Shown here: one piece after another, positions 37,933 to 49,935 of the stretch
Layout: every line of letters begins with the position of its first letter
Numbering within the stretch: the first letter of the stretch is position 1
From: Oedothorax gibbosus
Taxonomy: Eukaryota
Assembly (NCBI GenBank): GCA_019343175.1
Contig: JAFNEN010000097.1
Coordinates: 157,448 to 221,447 of the forward strand
Direction of reading: 5' to 3'
DNA: 64,000 bases
The notes under the pieces: model-generated
What the model was told of the DNA's origin: nothing
What the model saw: only the letters and a program-made list of their open reading frames with translations
The model's database searches: none
Translations under genes and position numbers: made by a program

Positions 37933-38220
37933 CGATCATATTCTTATTCTCTGGAAGGCCACAGTAAAGGTATTACATCTTGTTCTATCAATCAGGATAG
38001 AGAAGTTATTTCTTGCTCACTTGATGGTACTGTTAATTTGTGGAAATTACCTATGGACTTTCAAGACCAAAACTTAAATCACTCAACCTCAGTAACCGAT
38101 ACCATTGCTTCTGAAAGTAATTCTACAGTTTTGAGTTCAGATGCGGATGGAAACATAATTATTTGGGAACTAGATCAATCATCAGCAACAGTTTCATTGG
38201 TATATGGTACTAAGAAGACA
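37933..38220 (+). CDS. NWD-like gene exon 30 (WD40 with low-complexity insert)
   Basis: RSYSYSLEGHSKGITSCSINQDREVISCSLDGTVNLWKLPMDFQDQNLNHSTSVTDTIASESNSTVLSSDADGNIIIWELDQSSATVSLVYGTKKT. Acceptor ttttag| and donor |gtgagt. Confidence 0.8.
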
Positions 38221-38786
38221 GTGAGTATATTTAAAATATCATAGAATCTTTAAAATATAACATCTTTTCCCTTATTTTATAATATAACGTTTGAAATTGG
38301 TAATAACGACAGTTAAAGGGAAGCAATAATTATGATTTAATATTTTTTTTTTTACAATTTTACGTAGTATTATAAGTGTGAAATTATATAATGAAACTAT
38401 TTTAATTTATATTAAATATAATTAAAACTGTATTCTTATAATTTAATAAGATAAGGTCTTATTTTTTACAAGAAATATGAGTATGAATCTCTAGCCAACT
38501 AATGGTTTCTCAAAACTATAATATTAGTTGTAATATTATTTTGGTTTTTGCGTATCATTAGTGCTGTTGTATTTATCTAAACTTTAAAATAATTTGGCAG
38601 CTTTAAAATTTAGAAATTTTAGTTTTATACTTAGTTAACAATATAATGTGAATTAAAAGCTTAAAAAATATAATAAACCTATCATGAATACTGAATGGTA
38701 TAAGTATTGTATCATATGATCAAAAGTTGTAGCCATTAATTTGTCATTACATTTTGTATAATTTTGTTATGTATATTTTTTTACAG

Positions 38787-38941
38787 TATATAGGTGGTTA
38801 TGTTAAAGCATTGTCATGGTTAAAAGAAACAGATTTTGTTTGTGCTCTTACCCAGACAGTAGCTCAAACTGAAGTTTATTTTGCAGACATCATGACTTAC
38901 AAATGCAATACCGTGGATGGTAATAAATTATATAACTTGGG
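38787..38941 (+). CDS. NWD-like gene exon 31
   Basis: YIGGYVKALSWLKETDFVCALTQTVAQTEVYFADIMTYKCNTVDGNKLYNL. Acceptor ttacag| and donor |gtatga. This donor was chosen over the upstream GT because only it is phase-compatible with exon 32. Confidence 0.7.
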
Positions 38942-39080
38942 GTATGAATTTTTATTCTTTTTTTTTGTTTCTTCTGAATATTTTATAACTAAACAAAAAC
39001 AAAATAAATTAAAATAGAGAATCGTGTGTACTCAACTACTAAATAGTCATCACTTTAGTTCATATTTATTTCCTTTTTAG

Positions 39081-39215
39081 GGTCAAATTTACCCATTATT
39101 TTGAAAGTGAAGTATTGTGTCTCAATGCAAGTTCTTCTACTGAGACCATTGTTGTTGCCTTGAAGTCTGGCGATTTCATTATCATAACACCAAATTTAAA
39201 GAAAAAGTTCAGAAC
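39081..39215 (+). CDS. NWD-like gene exon 32
   Basis: VKFTHYFESEVLCLNASSSTETIVVALKSGDFIIITPNLKKKFR. Acceptor cctttttag| and donor |gtaagt. Confidence 0.7.
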
Positions 39216-40694
39216 GTAAGTTTTATTTACATTAGATATATTGTTAATTGGAAATAGTTAATTGTTCCTATTTAAAAATAGATATAAGAAATCAATGAGC
39301 AAAAATCAAGACAGTAGGTTTAATAGGAAAATTATTATATTTAATCGGGAAAAAAATTAGTTTAACAATGAGTAATGAACATTATTATTATTTATTACTA
39401 TTTATTGCCAAAAGATAGCTGAAAGTTGTTAAAATGATTTTTGTGATTTTTAAAATATTTTCCAATTTTAATTTAAATATAGTGTCGCTAAATTTTCTAA
39501 TATTATGGGACAAAACTATAATATAATGTCTTAAAAACATCTTTTAAAATTCTAAATATCTATGGAAACATGACTTCTTGCAAAATAAATGTTTACCGAA
39601 AGTTAGTCGAAAATCTTGGAAAAATTATTAACAACTGGGGCAATATTTTTAATGTTCTATCCTCTTAGTAGCCAACTAAATGCATTAGAGATTAACTTGC
39701 TTGGATAAATGAATTAAAACAAGTTCATCATACAACTATTAATAACCACAAGTTAAGATAAACAAAAGTATATATTTTTTATTAAGTATATGTTTTTAAT
39801 TGGAACGAATAAAAAGACTAGAGAACACCCTGAATTTTTTGCTTTTAAAGATATGAATTGAATCTGTTTTTTGAATAAGGTAATTACACCAAAAATTTTG
39901 ATTTTATATTTCTTCTTAAAATATCTTTACATATATACGCATATTGGGGTAAAATTAGTTGCTTAAGGAATAAATTGATGTTGAGAAAATTCTTTACTTT
40001 AAATTACGAAATAACTCTTTGGAATTAATTTGGATTATGATTATTCAAAGTAACATCCATCTGGATTGCCGAAAAGGCTTATACGGAGAAAATACTAATT
40101 AAGCAGGACAAATGGAAATGTTTCAAAAATTTTATATTCCGGAAGAATGTAAACAATTTTACAAAAACATGTAATGAATACCTACAACAATGGCAGAAAG
40201 TACAGTTGCAGTGAAGATGAAAATTAATTTCATCTTCGCCGCAACTGAAATTAATTTAACTTAATTAAGTATTAAAAGAATAAGTTGCCGTAACATATCA
40301 AATAATGGTAAACTATTAATAATTGTTTAACTACTAACTATGAAAATGTAAACATCTTAGTGCTTCAAAATCAACTATTACTAAGTTTTAATACTGCAAA
40401 CTGTTGTTACTTTGAACAAGGAAATAACTCCATGACTTTTTTTTTAAAAATTAATTTTTAAAAAATAATAATAGCTAATCTAAAGTAACTTAGTAGTAAT
40501 TTAGTATAAAGAGTATGTCATTAAACAAATTTTAAGAAAATGTTTAGAAATACCCGTTTGAGAAGTTTATTATTTCTAGAAAATTGCTTTTTTGGATTTA
40601 TTTTCTTATTCAAACAACTGATTCAATTATTTATTAGCAACCCATTCAATTGTTATAAGTTGTTTTGAAATAATGTATATATTTCTAAAAATAG

Positions 40695-40818
40695 TACTGA
40701 AGATTGGATTTTGCAAGCCAAGTTACTGCAATATGGAATGTGTGACGAACATGTATGCTGTTCTCTGTTAAATGGTTCAGTCAAGTGCTTTACAGTAGAA
40801 GATCTCTTAAAATGTTCT
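40695..40818 (+). CDS. NWD-like gene exon 33
   Basis: TEDWILQAKLLQYGMCDEHVCCSLLNGSVKCFTVEDLLKCS. Acceptor aaaaatag| and donor |gtaaga. Confidence 0.6.
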
Positions 40819-40934
40819 GTAAGACACTTTTATTATTATTTATGAAATCAAAATATTACTAAAAATATATATAGATATTTTAAATATAAAAATGTTTTTC
40901 TTCTATTAATTACCTCTTTTTTTTTTTTAAATAG

Positions 40935-41102
40935 GACTATTCAAAAACTTCTTTTGACAAGATTCATTCTGCTGTCATTGGAGAGAATTATTTTTATACT
41001 AATACGTTTTGCTGTGAAAGTAAAAATACTATTTTTTGTGGTGATAGTAAAGGATGGTTACGGATGTATTCACTAAGGAACTCTCCAAGTTTTTCAAAAA
41101 AG
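40935..41102 (+). CDS. NWD-like gene exon 34
   Basis: DYSKTSFDKIHSAVIGENYFYTNTFCCESKNTIFCGDSKGWLRMYSLRNSPSFSKK. Acceptor aaatag| and donor |gtaggc. Confidence 0.75.
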
Positions 41103-41455
41103 GTAGGCATTTGTAGAATATTGTAGAACTATTGTGGCTTAACTATAAGACATCTTAATTGTTTTAAGTTCCACAATGATTTTCTATTGACACATGATAT
41201 GTTATATTTATTAGAAATATTAATCATTATTTGAATACTACAAATAATTAATGTATCAGTTGTGTACATGAATGTATAATTTAATAATATTGAAACTATA
41301 AATGCTTTAACACTTTAAGTACTAGATGACACCCAAAATAATAAACTCAAAATGGAGTAGGGCGTCTTCTAGTATTTAAAGGGCTAAATGTAAAAAATCA
41401 TGATTTTTAAAATTTTTACTCGCATATTTTTCTAAATAAATGCTTATTTTTCTAG

Positions 41456-41560
41456 GTTCACGAGGATTCAATTTCAGGAATTGTAGTTTTAGAAAGCTAT
41501 GTCTTTACCACTTCCTTAGACAAGTCATTAAAGGGTTGGAATGCAACAACTTTGGAACAG
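41456..41560 (+). CDS. NWD-like gene exon 35 (WD40)
   Basis: VHEDSISGIVVLESYVFTTSLDKSLKGWNATTLEQ. Acceptor tttctag| and donor |gtaaac. Confidence 0.75.
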
Positions 41561-41924
41561 GTAAACTTCATTATTCTAGTTTTTCGGTTGCAAATCCTAT
41601 TTTTTAAATTTAATGAAATTTTGTTGTCAGAAAAGTCCGGCAATTTTGTTTTTTAAAGAATTCTATGTCTTAACAGTTTTTACAGAAACATTTAATTGTA
41701 AATCAAAATGTACAATCTTTAGGTATATAAGTTTTTTACTTTAAAAAATATTTCTTATATTTTACAAAAAAAACTTAAAATCAATGTTTCAAAAAATTTT
41801 GTTACCATTTCGGTAAACGTGTATTAACAAATATTTCACAGTTAATGTGCATTTTTTAAAAGACTTTTGAAGTAATAACACTTAGAGAGAGATTCTTTAT
41901 AATGGGTTCGACAGCACTATCTAT

Positions 41925-43431
41925 CAGTGCTGGGCAAATTTTAATTGCAAGAATAATTAAAGATTAACAATTAATTGGTAAATGTAACCACAACAACTAA
42001 CAATTCATCAATTGTAATTGTGGAAAATTACAATTAACAATTATTTAATTGTTAACTATAGTAAAAACAATTAATCTTTAATTGTTTTGTTAATTTTAAT
42101 TAAAAATAACAATTATAAAAACACTGCTGCATAATATAATGCCGGTACATATAAATATACAATATACCCATGTGGTTCCGGGTAGTAGAATAGTGCCCAT
42201 CCATCTTTTCCTGCGGTTAAATAAATATGTTGGCAACAAATAAAAGACCCATCCAAATAATCATCAATATCTTTAATTAAACATGATTAGACAATAGACA
42301 GACAATAACAATTAAAAATTTCTTGTAATAATTTAAATTACACTTCAGTACCACTCTTCTCGAACATGCTGTCTGACAGTTTGTGACTCTTTGGCAGATT
42401 TGTCATTGTCACAAAAGAAAAAAGGCGTTCAACTGTAGCTGACGATGGTAAAGGTGTTGTGCATTTAATAAAAACACTTTTTATCTCAGAATATCTATTG
42501 AGGAGTTGCAAATCTTGGCTTTCCTCGGCAAAAAAATGCAGCACCAAAAGTTCTGCTTTAGTCATTGGGGCATCGGAGGAGAATTCGTTTTTATCTGAGA
42601 TTGAAATATCCGAGTCTGAGTTAAAATTTTTTAATTTTTTTTTCTTGGGTAATTTTTGTTGTTGCTACTGTATTTTCACTCATTTGTTTGGAAATGCGGG
42701 TTTTGAAAAGTTTTAGAAGTTTAGTACGATAGTTGGGCTCAAAACAAGTCAACCATTTATTTTTGAATCTTTTTTAAGATAATGCAGCAATAGCCGCATT
42801 TTCCGCTTCAGGAGTGGTGACGTCAAACATTTTTTCAAATCTCTTCTCAACACTCTCTCTGTATGCCTTGATCAACGGGTTGCAAAAGGAAAAGTTGTTT
42901 TTCTTTTAAATTTTTTGCAATTTTTTTCTCAGCGCAAGTAGGCACGGTGTTATCCCATAATATGTGTTAGTCTCACTTTGCATTATATCGAGTCCTTCTG
43001 CAACTGGCGAAGTACACCTCAAATATTCTTTTATATAATCAAATTCATTTTCTTTGATAGTATTTTTTATGTTTAATGATCTATGTAAAAGTAAGCTTTT
43101 TTCTTTGATGTTGAAAATTTGCTGGAGGGCATCAAACAAGCTATTCCACCTGGTCTCACCTGGTCGGCTTACTTACAGCTTAATTTTCCTAAATGTTTAC
43201 TCATTTTGTTTTAATACATAAAGTTAATTGTTAGTTTTAATTGTTTCATAAAACAACTAAACAAGTTCATTGCAATTATTTTAATTGGGATTTACAATTG
43301 ACATATGTTAATCAAATTAATTTAATTGCAACGTGCAATTAAAAGTTCAATTGCGATTAATTTAATTGCAATAACTTTTTTAGTCAATTAACAAGATAAT
43401 TGACAAATTAATTGATTAATGCCCAACACTG
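41925..43431 (-). mobile_element. Non-autonomous hAT transposon with perfect 8-bp target duplication CTATCTAT
   Basis: TIR cagtgctgggc...gcccaacactg (10 of 11 match). Flanking direct repeats ctatctat at 41917-24 and 43432-39. Sub-terminal aattg/caatt repeats. Minus-strand ORF remnants resemble the hAT transposase C-terminal dimerisation domain (SSATVERLFSFVTMT...), e.g. 42338-42565 and 42906-43139. Confidence 0.65.
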
Positions 43432-44794
43432 CTATCTATATAGTTAGATACAAGGAAGTAGGATGGTGTTAAAATACACCTTAAGTATGGAATTATTTGT
43501 GGAGAAGGTACCACGAGAACAGTGTCCTTCTCATCCTTCATTGCAACGTGTGCCATATGTGGCACATACATACATTTAGACATATAAAGCAAGTTTTTTT
43601 TTTCTTGCAATATTTCATTCTATTTAGAAACGTCAAAACATTGCTACTAGTAACAAATTAATTGAAAATTCTATTAATACAACCTGCCAAAAAAATAGGC
43701 TAATTAACTTTTAACCTTTTTTTAATTGTTGATTGACTAGGTTAGTTAGTCCTAATTAGCCTATTATATATGCATTGGGGGAGTGATTTTTATAAAAAAC
43801 AAAAATGATTAGTATATCTTTGTAATTCCCTTAAACCAGTGTATCTCTTAAAAAAATTCTGTATCTAGTTTGTTTTTAATATTTTTGGAAATTTTTAGTT
43901 TGACGTTTTTCAGATAGATCAGTGATTTGGGCAGCAAAGAATAAACAAAGATTTTTTAAATAATTTTCCAAGTACTCTGGCTAATTAAGGATATTAAATC
44001 CTAGGTTTTATGCTGAAAAAAAAATTTTGCAGTGAAGGATAACCTATGCAACCATTAATAACAAAATAAGTGATGCACAGAAAGTCTTACAACTTCTTAA
44101 TGATCCAGAGTGTCTTAACCTCTAACAAATTATCATATTTTACCAGTGTTTCACAGGAAGTTGTAAACCGACTCTGTGCATAACATCTTCACTCCTGAAA
44201 AAAAATTCTACACATATTCTTATATAAACATTTTTCAGTTCAGTTCCCTGATATTTAAATGTATGTTTTTCAATGAATCTAAATATTGTTTTGAGATTAA
44301 CATTTGCTGAGGAGCACATCAATTCAGTGACATTTGGAGCTGCAAAATTTAAAAAAAAAAATTGTGTGCTATGCCATAAACAGTCAGTTTTTTTATAATA
44401 GTTCATTCTAACATTTGTATTAAAGCATAATGTTTTATAAATTTACGGCTAAAAAAACTTGAGACTGCGCGAATCCCTGAATTAGAATATTTTATTAATT
44501 TTAGTAGTTTTTTTTTTAAATATTTTATTGCTCAATCTTATTACTGGGATTCTGGCCACAATCTATGCAAGCTTAAAAACTATACTGCTTAATTATTTTT
44601 TTATTGAAGGATTTCGAATTGTGTTTTTTAAAAATAAAATCCACAGTTTACATCCCCAGAGTGTTTATTTTGTACTTGTTGTTTTCTTGATAATAAAAAA
44701 TAATAATAATAATAAAGTATGAATTTCAGAAAATCTCATGTGAGATTATTAAGCAACTAAGATTTGTCACCTACTTTTTTTTAATAAACTAAAA

Positions 44795-45065
44795 TTCGAC
44801 ATTTGAAGAGCTTAGTGGAAGAACGTGCTAAGTGACAAAAAAGTGAAAGAGAAAATGAGCTTTAAAATTTTTCACTTCCACTTAAATCCGTTTAAAACGG
44901 TACTTTTAAATAGTAAAAAATATACCTAACTTTAAGTTTATGAAAAAAAGAAAAATTGTTATCGTTAAAAAAGTAAGTAATATGTTCATTGATACAAAAA
45001 TATCAATTTTTTTCAAAAATATCATTTAGCACGTTCTTCCACTAAGCTCTTCATTTGTAAAGATT
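44795..45065. mobile_element. Small MITE with ~35-bp TIRs, ~135 bp upstream of the terminal exon
   Basis: tgaagagcttagtggaagaacgtgctaagtgac at 44805 and its reverse complement tcatttagcacgttcttccactaagctcttca at 45028. Confidence 0.4.
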
Positions 45066-45200
45066 TTAAAACAAACTGTACTTTTTTGACAAGTTAAAAA
45101 TTAAAAAAAAAACTATTCAGGTTTTAATCCCATAATTGCATAAAATAATTATAATTAATTATAAAATAATTATACATAATGAATTTTTTTTCTATTTTAG

Positions 45201-45344
45201 GTTTGCCTTTATTATTCCCCAGTGTCAATAACTAGTCTTGCTGGCTTTACTACTGTCTCAGAAGCATCTACTACCAGTTTCACTTTGGTTATTGGATTAA
45301 GTTCAGGAGCAGTACAGCTATTAAAATTCCACCTCAAGAAATAG
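45201..45344 (+). CDS. NWD-like gene terminal exon 36 (ends TAG)
   Basis: VCLYYSPVSITSLAGFTTVSEASTTSFTLVIGLSSGAVQLLKFHLKK followed by stop. Acceptor tctattttag|. Phase 0 after exon 35. Confidence 0.65.
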   Translation, partial: VCLYYSPVSITSLAGFTTVSEASTTSFTLVIGLSSGAVQLLKFHLKK

Positions 45345-45721
45345 AAAGTTAACACTATGAGGAATATGCAATTTTCCATAATTAAAAACTTATTTTCACT
45401 GCACAAATTGATAGCTTATTAACTTTGTTTTAGTAGGAAAAGGTTCTTAAAACTTTGTTTTAAAATTTAATTAAAAAAACATGGGTTGCTAGAGAAACTG
45501 ACAGTTCCTATATGTTCGGATATAATTATTGATGTATCTGCTTGATATGTTTTTATATATATTATGTATGAATGTAATTAATGATATATCTACTTATTGT
45601 TGTGTATTTTATGTTTGTTATTTTATGATTGTTAGATATACATATTGTTGAATGTAAAAATATAATCTTAGTGTACAATAAATAACGCTATAAAATATGC
45701 GCTCCTTGTATCACTTATCTT

Positions 45722-46012
45722 TGAAGAGTACAGGGTAAGATCCCTTTCATTGACCGGGAATCTGTCTGGCGAAGATAGCGAGTAGTCTCCTAAACTGGTG
45801 TGAAAAAAACAGTTTATTTGCCTTGATTCTTATCGCACGGCGCACAGGTTTAATCTCTCTCGGATAGAGATTCACGCCAGGCACTAGTCTGACGCTTGGA
45901 AACGCGGAAGAACAAAGGGAGAAGCCATTTTCCAATCATCACTCTCACCAAGCAGACTACAATACGGACAGATTCCCAGTCAATGAAGGAGTTTTTCCCC
46001 TGTACTCTTCAT
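45722..46012. mobile_element. MITE with ~44-bp TIRs
   Basis: gaagagtacagggtaagatccctttcattgaccgggaatctgtc at the left end versus gacagattcccagtcaatgaaggagtttttcccctgtactcttc at the right end. Confidence 0.45.
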
Positions 46013-46204
46013 TTATGTTTCATGTATGATAAAAACATTTTTGGTACATAATAAACCAAGAGCAGATGCAAGATTGAAGTCCCTTAATAAGTAGTTTAAT
46101 ACTATTGAGATAAGTTAAATTATTTGGATTTATTAAAAATTATAACACTAGTAATTTAGTTCATCAAAGTTACCAAATGAATAAAATGTGTTTTAAATTT
46201 TTTT

Positions 46205-46830
46205 TATGCTTGTTGGTTGTAGGTCATCGCTCTATAAAGCTGTATAACAGGCCGTTTGTGGAGAATTTTATTTTCCTACTAAACATGCCCAGGTTGCCAA
46301 ATTGTCTTCAAACAATGTGGGAAATCTGTTTTTATGATTTATTTGCTGTTTCATTGTTTAAAAGCCATTGTGCAATAAAGCTATATAATTAGCCGTTTCT
46401 AACAATCTCGCCAAGCTCGCTGAAATTTCATCAAAACTCTCCCCAAAAGAAAAAGGTGTGGTTTTTTGCAAAGCATTGAGAGTTTGACACACTTGTGGCG
46501 ATCTCCATTTTCTCACTAACTATGTTGTGAAGTTCATTAAAGTCGACAATTTTCTGAAATATTGCATAGTATTTTATATGCTGGTTGGTAGTTTGGAAGT
46601 CATTGCATAATAGAGCTGTACAATAGGTGACATTCAATTTTCTTACCATATATACAGCCAAATACAGATGTTTAAAAATAAGTGATTTTTTTCTTCTCAA
46701 TTATACTAGTTGGTTGTGTAGAAGTCATTGCGTTATGGTCAAGCTGTAATATGGGCCTTTTGTAACAATCTTCATTTTCTTGCTAAATATGTCACCAAGG
46801 TAGTCAAGTTATCGCGGGAAAAAAAAACCG
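46205..46830. repeat. Satellite-like degenerate ~120-bp repeats (core tcattgcg/ctagagctgtacaat...cgctaaata...gccaaattatc)
   Basis: At least 4 diverged units, e.g. ggtcatcgctctataaagctgtataacaggccg, ggaagtcattgcataatagagctgtacaatagg, gaagtcattgcgttatggtcaagctgtaatatgg. Confidence 0.5.
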
Positions 46831-48329
46831 CCAGACGTATTTTTCACATAATTGAGATTGTGCACTAAAAATAATATTCCAATTATGGATCAAATTGGGT
46901 TTGAGGTAAATTACGATGACTATTCAAGTTGATATTGAGGATTTTTGTTATTTTGAGAGTGTGCAGGATTTAGTGTTTCAAATGAATTAATATTGATCAT
47001 AGAAGAAAATGTGGTATTTAAAATTTTAAGTTAATGACAGTAAGGGTACAACAACAGAGGCCTTACCCATTAGCAGACTAAATAGTACAAACATTTTAAT
47101 GCAGTTCCTCTTTACTTCTACCAAACGTTTGGCATATATCGTGAAAATTATCCGTAAAATTTATCCAAGTAAAATGTATACGAAATATTGATTTAATTTT
47201 TTTTGTTGGAGGCTAAATATGTTTGTATTTATATATTCTGAAAGATGATTTAAAAAAATTATAACATTTTCAATAACTTAATTACCTAAAATAAAGAAGT
47301 ATTCAAAAGAAAGATACATAGTAAGTTATTTTACTAATTTTTAAGTCATCTAGTTTACTATATATACATGAAAAATTATCAAATTACATATTTAAAAAAT
47401 ATTCAAACATTTTTATTTTTAACAGAAAATTAGAAACAAAACCTAAACACTAACCTTATTACTTTTCTTATCGATAGTTACAACATTTAGAATTTGAGAT
47501 TAAAAAAAAGCAAATGATAATTTTTTTTGGTTATTTGAAATAGTTGATAATTTATTATTTGTTTTGTCCCTTTACTTTTTGGAAAAGGACATTTTTTGCT
47601 TTACAATAGTCAGCAAGTCAGCTTAATAATTTTTTCATCTAGTTTACTATGGTTACATGAAAATACATTAAAAAAAATAATAATCAAACATTTATCATTT
47701 TTAACAGTACATTAAAAAAAATAGAAATAAAACAACCCCAATTTTTAGAAACATAAACATTATTTCATTCTTCAATATTTATAACATTTAGAATTTGAGA
47801 TCTTTTTTTCTTTATTATTTGAAACAGCTGACGATTTACGTTTTTGTTTCTTTGATCTTTACTTCTTAGTAAAACGTCAAGGCTTTTGGTTTATTTGCTT
47901 TACAATAATTATTGATAAAAACATTAGAAATAACTGACAAACAATTTTGAGCCAACACATCTGACCACAGGTACACATTGTTGCGGTTATGCTATTACAA
48001 ACAATAATTTACGTCCCACGTTATTATTACTATAGACTATAGTTATTGTAAATGATTGAGTCCATTTCAGGCTTCCTCTACCAATCAGATTAGGTATTGA
48101 AAATCTTGCATTATCTTCCGATGGTCTCTGCCATTGGTGAAAGTCACAAAACACCTAACAAAAAAAAGGTTATATGATTAGAAAATTTAAATGACACCTT
48201 ATCTACTCATAACCTATAATTTATAACACAAAACAATAGAGCAATTACACAGAATCAAACAATAAAAAAAATGGCTCGAAGATTCCTTTCTATTTCCTCG
48301 AAGATTTAATATTTATTTTTTTATCAATT

Positions 48330-48570
48330 ACTGTCGGAAGAAGCCATCGCACTAGAGCTGCATATTAGAGTTTTATGTCTTCATTTTTTCGCTAAATACG
48401 TTGCCAAATTATCAACTAAAACGCGCAAAATGTTTTTTAAAAATAATTTTGGTTGATCGAAGGCAATCGCGCTAGAGCTGTACAATGGGTGTGTTTGTAG
48501 CTATATATATTTTCTCGCTAAATTATTACCACGCCAAATTAGTTTTTAGTTTGTGCGGAGAACGGGTATT
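48330..48570. repeat. Two further units of the same ~120-bp repeat family
   Basis: gaagccatcgcactagagctgcatattagag...cgctaaatacgttgccaaattatcaac and gaaggcaatcgcgctagagctgtacaatggg...cgctaaattattaccacgccaaattag. Confidence 0.5.
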
Positions 48571-49451
48571 TATTTGCTAGTAGGAAATATAATTATTTCA
48601 TAAAAAGTATCTTTAAGATTATTACGTTTAAAAAAAAATCGTTTTATTCACATTAAAAAAATAATTTGTATAAGAACATAGCCTACAGAATATATTTTAC
48701 TATATTTACTAAATTTTCCAATTAAGAAAAAAAGTATATAAAAGTTTTAGTACAGTTATCGAACAAAAGGAATAATCAGATAAAAGAAAACTGTTTGCAT
48801 TTCTTCCATGCACTTACGAAAACAAAGGATTCTTTTCCTTACTAAGCAGTAAACAAAAGCTAAACAAGAAGTTCTAAAAGAAATAAAATAGCCTACTTTC
48901 CTGTTACTTAAATGTTTACTAAACTTCTTATAGAAAATCAAATAGCTTTGAAACAGTAACTGTCACCTAGAACCGTTTCTACACAAGATTGATAAACATT
49001 AGAAAAAATCGCCAAGTACAAACATCCAGTTGTAATTTAAACTTTTCAAAGCCAGAATCAACTATTTCCATTGATTTTCCTTTGCAAATAAAATTTTTAT
49101 CGTCTGCTTGATTTACTTTCAGTTTGAAGAATAATTAAATATTTATTAATAAAAAAAGACACGAAACTATAGTAAATTGCACTAAAAAATAAGAAATGCA
49201 AATTAAAATTAACCTCTCATTTTTATGCAAAAAATTTAATGCATGCTGCTTTGTAAACAAATACTGAACAAAGAATTCCATTGTGTTGCATTTTATGACG
49301 TCAAACCAAATGGACTTATAGCAAAAATAAATTGTCCTCCATTAATTAATAGTAAATAAAGTTTCTTATGCAATTGTTGTAATGGCAACAGCGTTTAAAA
49401 TGACTAAAATATAATTTCAATGATAATTGAATAAGAAATTCGCCAACTGAT

Positions 49452-49602
49452 AGTAGACAGATGTCCGTAAGGACGTACAGACAGATAAAAAGTATGGAAG
49501 TCGGGTCTCTGAGGTCATACCTTTCTAACAAAACAAAGATTTTTTAAGATCCGACAGATAGACCGGATTTTGGAAAGTACGAACAGACAGAGTAACGGAC
49601 CT
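49452..49602 (+). repeat. R1 ~150-bp repeat (gtccgtacg...gatccgacggatagaacagattttggaag...)
   Basis: Homologous to 50746-50900 and 53791-53945. An inverted copy lies at 59277-59392. Confidence 0.5.
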
Positions 49603-49699
49603 AGAATTCTCTTCCTAGAATTGTATTAATCATTCAGACATAAACAGTAAAAATAGGGGGAAAAAAGCTCCCAAGTTCCTTACAAACAAAATAACTGAC

Positions 49700-49935
49700 G
49701 ACCTATTAACGGCCCGTGCAGCCAAAAAAAGTCCGACGAAAAGTACCCCGTGTAGGGAGTTCACATTAAATATATGCTCCAAAGTACCAACGCTGCGTAC
49801 GATGTCGCCCTTAACAGTTGCGTTGGGTGCCTACTCAGGTGTCGGCTCGTCACTTGACTGGTTCTAAATTACGACGCCCATCGCCAATAGCCCTTGTGTA
49901 GCTTTAGTGCGACGATAATTTAATCTAAACTAACC
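49700..49935 (-). repeat. R2 SINE-like repeat, inverted partial copy
   Basis: Reverse complement of the tttaattatcgtcgcactagagctacacgagggctattggcgacgggcgtcataatttagaaccac...caagtgacgagccgacacc...gggcgacatcgtacgcagcg consensus seen at 62193 and 63223. Confidence 0.55.

Larger units (their letters stand above)
3752..45344 (+). other. Gene span of an NWD1/NWD2-like DUF4062-NACHT-WD40 STAND NTPase (36 coding exons, ~41.6 kb)
   Basis: Every exon junction listed below is phase-compatible with canonical splice signals. The domain order is DUF4062 motif, then Walker A/B NACHT, then WD40 blades. The terminal exon ends in TAG at 45342-45344. Confidence 0.75.
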
